Shown here: positions 57,682-64,000 of the stretch, piece by piece
Layout: the number at the start of each line of letters is the position of its first letter
Numbering within the stretch: position 1 is the stretch's first letter
Assembly (NCBI RefSeq): GCF_002113885.1
Contig: NW_018404519.1
Location: forward strand, 753,546-817,545
DNA length: 64,000 nt
Source of the DNA: Mizuhopecten yessoensis
Taxonomy: Eukaryota
Direction of reading: 5' to 3'
Translations under genes and position numbers: made by a program
The notes under the pieces: generated by a model
Databases searched by the model: none
What the model was told of the DNA's origin: nothing
Seen by the model: the letters and a program-made list of their open reading frames with translations, nothing else

Positions 57682-59301
57682 TGATCACGATAAGCCTTTA
57701 GTTGTCACAACACATTCCTATTGATATGGTGCTAATGTTTCATCATTCTACGGCTGATCAATGCAGGGAGTCTGGTAACATTTTGTTAAACAACATGTTA
57801 AATCATTGTACCACAGCTATGCTGGAGTTTGGTAACTTTTTTTAAACAACAGCTGCATGTGTTATAGATATCTGCTTTAAAGATACATTTAGATAATCAA
57901 ATGAGGAACTTGAAAATACCCTTTTTGTGAATGAAAGTTTGGACTTAAATACTTAATGGATTGATAACACATTGATCAAGTACTCTATAATGGATTGATA
58001 ACACATTGATCAAGTACTCTATAACAATTGTATTGATATATATTAAAAATTCTTCTAGAAACAGAAAGCATATCACATTAACATAGCATATATCTTTACG
58101 ATAAATATCCTTATCTCTACATGATCGACTTAGTGGCTGTTTCTGTCAGATTTATTGTTTGACCTGTTGGACCAGAGTTGTTCCTTCATGAAATAGGGAC
58201 AAAGCTAGTGATCTTTCTGACGAGCCTTGACAAAACTTTCAAGGTATGTATGAACATTTACAAAAATAGATTGGCCAGGATTTATCTGTTTGTCCGCATA
58301 ACTGAACAGACACTTTGCCATAGTACAACAATTTGTATGACACACATGTTACATCTTTGTAGTGTTATTTTTAAAATCTGCTTCCTTATGAAAACTTTGG
58401 GCAAATGTGGATATTTATACTGTGTCATAATCATTCTTGGGTATTCCTTTTTGACTGGCAGGCATTGTGTGCAAAAAATAATAAGTGTTTGAACTTTTTC
58501 TACACTTTAACCCACTTTAATGAGGTTTATTCTGACATCAAATTTAGCACTGTGTCATACAGCTGACATATCCTACTTTACTTAACTGTACCAGACAGCA
58601 CTAAACCATACAAGATGGACACAGTGGTGTAGTGTCAGTATCCTTTCTCACCTGTTCCAGCGTTCTTTAAGTACAAGGTTGTATTAATTTGTTCTGAATG
58701 CTGAGTGGGTGGGGGTTTTTTTTCGTGATGAATCGTATACAGTCATACAAAGGTCATGTGAAGATATTTTTATGTCAGGATCGAATCTGTGACATTGTCA
58801 AAAAAGCCTGTCAAGCGTGGACATTTGCATTTGTGGTTATTTTTGGATGTTTATTCCAATTTTTACAAATATGTGACAAGCTGGAAATACATGTACAAAG
58901 TCAATTGATATAAGAAAGGAGAAATAAGTCCATTGATGTACAGAAACTGAAAAGGACCTTTTATATTTCTGATTTTTTAACTTTAAACATCTACATGTAC
59001 TTTTGTTTTGATTTTTTCGTCTTTGTGTGCTAAAGATATTCTGATACTTTTTCTGTGTCATTTCATATGTACACTAGATTTTTATATATATATTTCTCTG
59101 ATTCAATAGAGTTGTGATTTCTAATTTTGTGATTCATATGTTAGAAAAATTTGTTGTATAAATTGATTGCAAGAAAATAAATAAAACATTTATTGTGTTT
59201 AAGTGTAAATTTGAAGATAAAAGACACTTTTTATTATTTCAAATTTTGTTACTGATATAAGTTATATTATTTGCATTATCTTACTGTCTGTTTAATGGTT
59301 A

Positions 59302-61119
59302 TTAGCTCACCTGGCACAAAGTGCCAAGTGAGCTTATGCTGTGGCGCGGCGCCCGTCGTCAATATTTTACTTTAAACGACTTCTTCTTAATAACCGAAAG
59401 GCCTAGGGTGATGATATTTGACCAGAAGCAAACTGGGATAAGGGGCTACAAAGTTTGTTAAAATTAATGACCTTCATCCATTTTCAAGGTCACTGGGGTC
59501 AAATATGTTAAAAACTTTTAACATCTTCTTCTCGATAACCAAACTGCACAGGGAGATGATATTTGGCCAGTAGCATGCTTGGGTGAAGGGCTACCAATTT
59601 TGTTCAAATGAATGACCTTCAATTATAATCAAGGTCACAGGGGTCAATTGTCTTAAAAAAAACTTTTAAACAACTTCTTCTGAATAACCAAAATGCCTAG
59701 GGTGATGATATTTGGCCAGTAGCATGCTGAGATGAAGGGCTACAAAGTTTGTTAAAATAAATGACCTCTACCCATATTCAAGGTCACAGGGGTCAAGTAT
59801 GTTAATTTTTTTTAAACAACTTCTTCTGAATAACCAAAATGCCCAGGGTGATGATATTTGGCCAGTAGCATGCTGAGATGAAGGGCTACAAAGTTTGTTC
59901 AAATAAATGACCTCTACCCATATTCAAGGTCACAGGGGTCAAATATGTTAATTTTTTTTAAACAACTTCTTCTGAATAACCAAAATGCCCAGGGTGATGA
60001 TATTTGGCCAGTAGCATGCTGGGGTAAAGGGCTATCAAGTTTGTTCAAATGAATGACCTTCACCTATATCTAAGGTCACAGGGGTCAAATATGTGAAAAA
60101 CATTAAATAACTTATTCTGAATAACCAAAATGCCCAGGGTGATGATATTTAGTCAGTAGCATACTAGGATCAAGTGCTACCAAGTTTGTTTAAATGGATG
60201 ACCTTGAATCATATTCAAGGTCACAAGGAGCAAATATGTTCAAAATATTTAAACAACTTGTTCTGAATAACCAAAAGGCTCAGGATGTTGATATTTAGTC
60301 AGTAGCATGCTGGGATCAAGGACTCCTATGTTTGTTAAAGTGAATGACTTTGTCTTATATTCAAGGTCACAGGGGTCAAATTTGTTTAAAATCTTTAAAC
60401 GACCTATTCTGAATAACCATGGGTCCCAGGATGTTGATACTTTGCAAGTTGCTTCCTGAGATGAAAGGCTATAAAATTCAACATAATGACTTTGTTCGAC
60501 TTTCAATCACAGGGGTGAAATGTTTAAAAAAAAAATAATAACAGGTTCTTTTGAATGAATTTTAATCATAAATACTGATATTTTGCCTGTAGCTTTATTT
60601 TAGATCACTTTTAAGGTTACAAGTGTGACATTTATGTAACCCTGGGAAATACTAGCTGCAATATACCGCTCGGCTATAGAGATCTTCTCTTTAGCTGGAT
60701 CGGTTGAGCGTGAGACTAGGAAGCCAGAGGTCCCGGGTTCGATCCTCAGCGGAGGCAGTGAAATATTTGTTTAAATTCACGTGCTCTGTTACATTGGCGC
60801 CCACTTAGGGACCCGGGTGAATTGACAAAATACTCAGCGCTAGCTATACTTGCGAAGGAATGGCTATGACCGTGACCCCTGGAAGCTCGAGGACGAGTTC
60901 TTCCCTGGAGGGGGAGTATGTAACCCTGGTAAATACTAGCTGCAATATACCGCTCGGCTATAGAGATCTTCTCTTTAGCTGGATCGGTTGAGCGTTAGAC
61001 TAGTAAGCCAGAGGTCCCGGGTTCGATCCTCAGCGGAGGCAGTGAAATATTTGTTTAAATTTCACGTGCTCTGTTACATTTATATCAGGTGAGCGATGCA
61101 GGCCCATGGGGCCTCTTGT
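59302..61119 (+). mobile_element. HINE-like element with ~146-bp satellite core, carrying a nested TRIM
   Basis: TTAGCTCACCTGGCACAAAGTGCCAAGTGAGCT head; ~146-bp units (59671, 59817, 59963...); tail CAGGTGAGCGATGCAGGCCCATGGGGCCTCTTGT, the reverse complement of the 40844/43738 ends. Confidence 0.8.
60635..61078 (+). mobile_element. TRIM (miniature non-autonomous LTR retrotransposon) with tRNA-derived LTRs (Helenus-type)
   Basis: LTRs at 60635-60793 and 60919-61078 (TG...CA; 3 substitutions + 1 indel); PBS TGGCGCCC at 60795; PPT GGAGGGGGAG at 60907-60916; TSD TTTA (60631-60634/61079-61082). Each LTR contains a tRNA-like TAGCT...GGTTCGATCC segment. Confidence 0.9.
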
Positions 61120-61316
61120 ATTTAATAAGTACGAGGTCAATGAATTTAGATGACAAGTAATATTTTGTATCAAATGAGATTTCAACAATAAGTACACTGG
61201 TTTCTGGAGCAGGTCTTATCACTTTGCGGACAACCAGCTGGTAATGTATATCATGCTGTAAAGGAATCACCTGTGCTTTTGTAGATTCATAATATTAATG
61301 ATATACAACATTTGAT

Positions 61317-61491
61317 ATTCCGTCTTTTCGTATTGCAGAATTACCTGCTCCCAAAGTTACCTGCTCTTGTGAGCAGGTATCGATTGTTACGTCATTAGTT
61401 TATGTGAGAAAAGTTACGTCGTTTTCTCAAAATTTGATGACGTTACTCTCACAAACAAATGACCTAACTCTGCAATACGAAAAGACGGAAT
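61317..61491. mobile_element. MITE with 23-bp perfect TIR
   Basis: ATTCCGTCTTTTCGTATTGCAGA / TCTGCAATACGAAAAGACGGAAT. Confidence 0.7.
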
Positions 61492-61659
61492 AGCCCCCTA
61501 TCTAGCTAACATAAGCCACTCTAAAGTGCTTTACAGAACATAGATATACAATTCATACAATAAGCATATACATTAATTAATACAATTTTTGAAGCATATA
61601 CATTAATTAATACAATTTTTGAAGTATGCCTGCATCTGTGCTGGAGATGTATTGTGTTC

Positions 61660-61895
61660 TGTTTGTAATGGGACCGTGCTTCCAACGGCATCATTTATAA
61701 TGCCAACTCACTTGAAGGCTACAGCACAGATACCACAACATCGACCCCATACCAATTTATACTCCACCTGGGTTGTTGGAGTTGTGTGGGCAGGAGAAAA
61801 ACACTTTCTCTTAGTATTCTATGTGTACGACCACTTAGGGGATCGAACCCCGGCCGCTCGCTTGGAAGGCCAGAGTGTTAACCACTAAACCAATC
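61660..61895 (-). mobile_element. tRNA-derived SINE (degenerate)
   Basis: Minus-strand TAGTGGTTAAC...GGTTCGATCCCC head at ~61888-61837. Confidence 0.55.
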
Positions 61896-62694
61896 CGACT
61901 GTGCAACATGCTGTTAAACATTTCTGTGATTTATGGAGTTTCAATGTTAATACATATCTTGAAGATATTATGTTTGTGATGCACCATTTGTGTTTTTTTA
62001 TTACATGTACCACTTTCCGCCCAAAAATGTTTTTTTGTGTTTGCTGCTATCTAGTAACTTTGATTCAAAGTGAGATTTGCACTTTGAAACCTCGAAGACA
62101 TTTCGCTGAAAGTCATAGCAACGACATACATTCTGAAGTACTCTATACTCTTTTTGGCTATTAATTGTTAGCTACGCAAGACGGAAACAAAAACAATATA
62201 AATGCCTATGCTGGTTGTTTTGGTGCTAAGATGTTTGTTTTGTAATTGTAAATCCTGTCTGTACTTACGTAAAAACATGAACATTGTTATATTTCTAAGC
62301 GATAACAAAATATTTGGTTTTTGAAATCGCTCTTCGGCTGTGGTCCATCATCCATCCGCCGTCCATCTTCCTTAAATGATTCTTGTTAGCTGACAGGAAT
62401 TTTGAGATTTAAAATTTGTTGGCAAGATCCCTCTGATATATCTTGTTTTCTTTTACATGCTGAAACCATACATAGTTAAGTTATGGCAACTGGTGCATGG
62501 TATGTTTACCCAGATACTACTTCTATAGATAATGGTGGCATTTGTTATACAGACTAGTTCTAACTGGGTAATAACTGGTGTATTATGGTACATGTAAGAA
62601 TGTGTTCATGTTAATTATTGTATCCATAGCTGAACTACCAAAGACGTTACCAATCAATTATCTAAAGTCATCACAATCAGTCCTTAAGCTTCTT

Positions 62695-62842
62695 AGCGAT
62701 AGTCTATACACTATAGCCCAAGTCTATACACTATAGCGATAGTCTATACACTATAGCCCAAGTCTATACACTATAGCCCAAGTCTATACACTATAGCCCA
62801 AGTAGATAGCGATAGTCTAGTATACACTATAGCCCAAGTAGA
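62695..62842. repeat. 20-bp tandem repeat (AGTCTATACACTATAGCCCA)
   Basis: Directly visible. Confidence 0.9.
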
Positions 62843-64000
62843 TAAAACACACGCCCCCCTTGCCAAGGGTTTTAAATTCCAAGTAGGTAGTAAATAAAAA
62901 CCAATTATATATAAGTAAGTAAATGTCCTATTCTGAAGTGAATTACAAAGCCCATCAAGAGTGACTGTCAATAAAGTTTAATGTGAGGAAAACAACTTTC
63001 AAACCTTTCAATGTAAAATGCCATCATTATAAAGTGCTATACAGATCTTCAAGTTAAAGGATTACATTTCTGGAGTTAATTTAGATATAAGATAATGGTT
63101 TGTATGTCTCGACTACATGACTGTGTATACTGTGAAGGAAAATGTACTTTTAATTTGATGTTAATGTTCCTTTTTAAATTGCGGCCGAGTGATGAGCTGT
63201 GATTTGATGTCCTTTCTGTTGTAGTTCAGCTTTAGGTGTGAAATTGCTATAATATGCTTGCTTTTGTATTTCTATTTGTTACTACAAGCAAGTCCGTCCA
63301 ACAAAATGAATTATTTTATATTTTTATCTAAAATACACCTTTACTGATGAGAAATTAAAATCAATTTTTGTTTGATATTGTTGATGATGACAAATGTATG
63401 TATAGTAATACATTGTCGTGATATTGATTGTTGAAAATTGATGCAAATATAAAAGACAGAGATATCAATTAATAGAATGCACTTTTTGATTCTTTTCTGT
63501 CACATTGTTTGCAAAATGTGTTTCCGATAATAGAATTCTCTGGAATAGATCGATATTTATAAAAGTTGAAATAGGTTGTGACTGATGATTTGGTTTGGTG
63601 TCCCTCCACATAAACAGAATACAGTTATTTTTCAGCACTTGATTCTGCTCATCTTGTTTTTGTAATACTGGAATCTCGTGATCTATTGTGATCATATACA
63701 ATTGTCTATTGTATGTATAATACAAAACATAGGACCTAAACTGTGCATGTACAAACAATATTGTATGTATAAATATGTAATGAATAAAAAAAATACAACA
63801 GGAGCATATTCATCTGATATCAGGAGCCACCCAGCTTTGTTGTGCCCGTGAATATATATTGTGGATGATTTAGCACAATAAACGAGTGCAATCTGAGACA
63901 TCAAATGAACGCATGTGTGATATTGCTTTATTACCCGCATTTATTCTTTATATGCATTTTATATTTTTGCTAAAATTTTTACCTGGCATTAATGTTCAGT

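Noticed and set aside
60690-61041. Two tRNA-Thr-like genes
   Set aside because: Acceptor and anticodon stems are imperfect and both lie inside LTRs; treated as TRIM parts, not functional tRNAs.

Overview
Eukaryotic, AT-rich, intron-rich animal DNA. The repeat families (Helentron/HINE-like elements with satellite cores, tRNA-SINEs) and animal-type GH10 genes suggest a bivalve mollusc, which is an inference. Hand-spliced genes: two tandem 13-exon secreted CBM4/9(CBM22-like)+GH10 xylanase-like genes on + (7887-18457, 580 aa; 22406-30282, 578 aa); exons of a third, divergent copy on - near the window start; LYRM9 (+, 3 exons); RPL23A (-, 5 exons); and a RAB34/36 GTPase (+, 9 coding exons) head-to-head with RPL23A, as in human. 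Most short ORFs in the supplied track are intronic or repeat noise. Most unusual signals: (1) four unrelated minisatellites that each start inside an exon and copy its 5' splice donor 4-15 times; (2) a complete 444-bp TRIM-type LTR retroelement whose LTRs carry a tRNA-like Pol III module (PBS, PPT, 4-bp TSD), plus a second tRNA-LTR/PBS module enclosed by 17-bp inverted repeats; (3) three elements that share a 'long hairpin + ATTTAC...GTAAAT' layout but have unrelated sequences.
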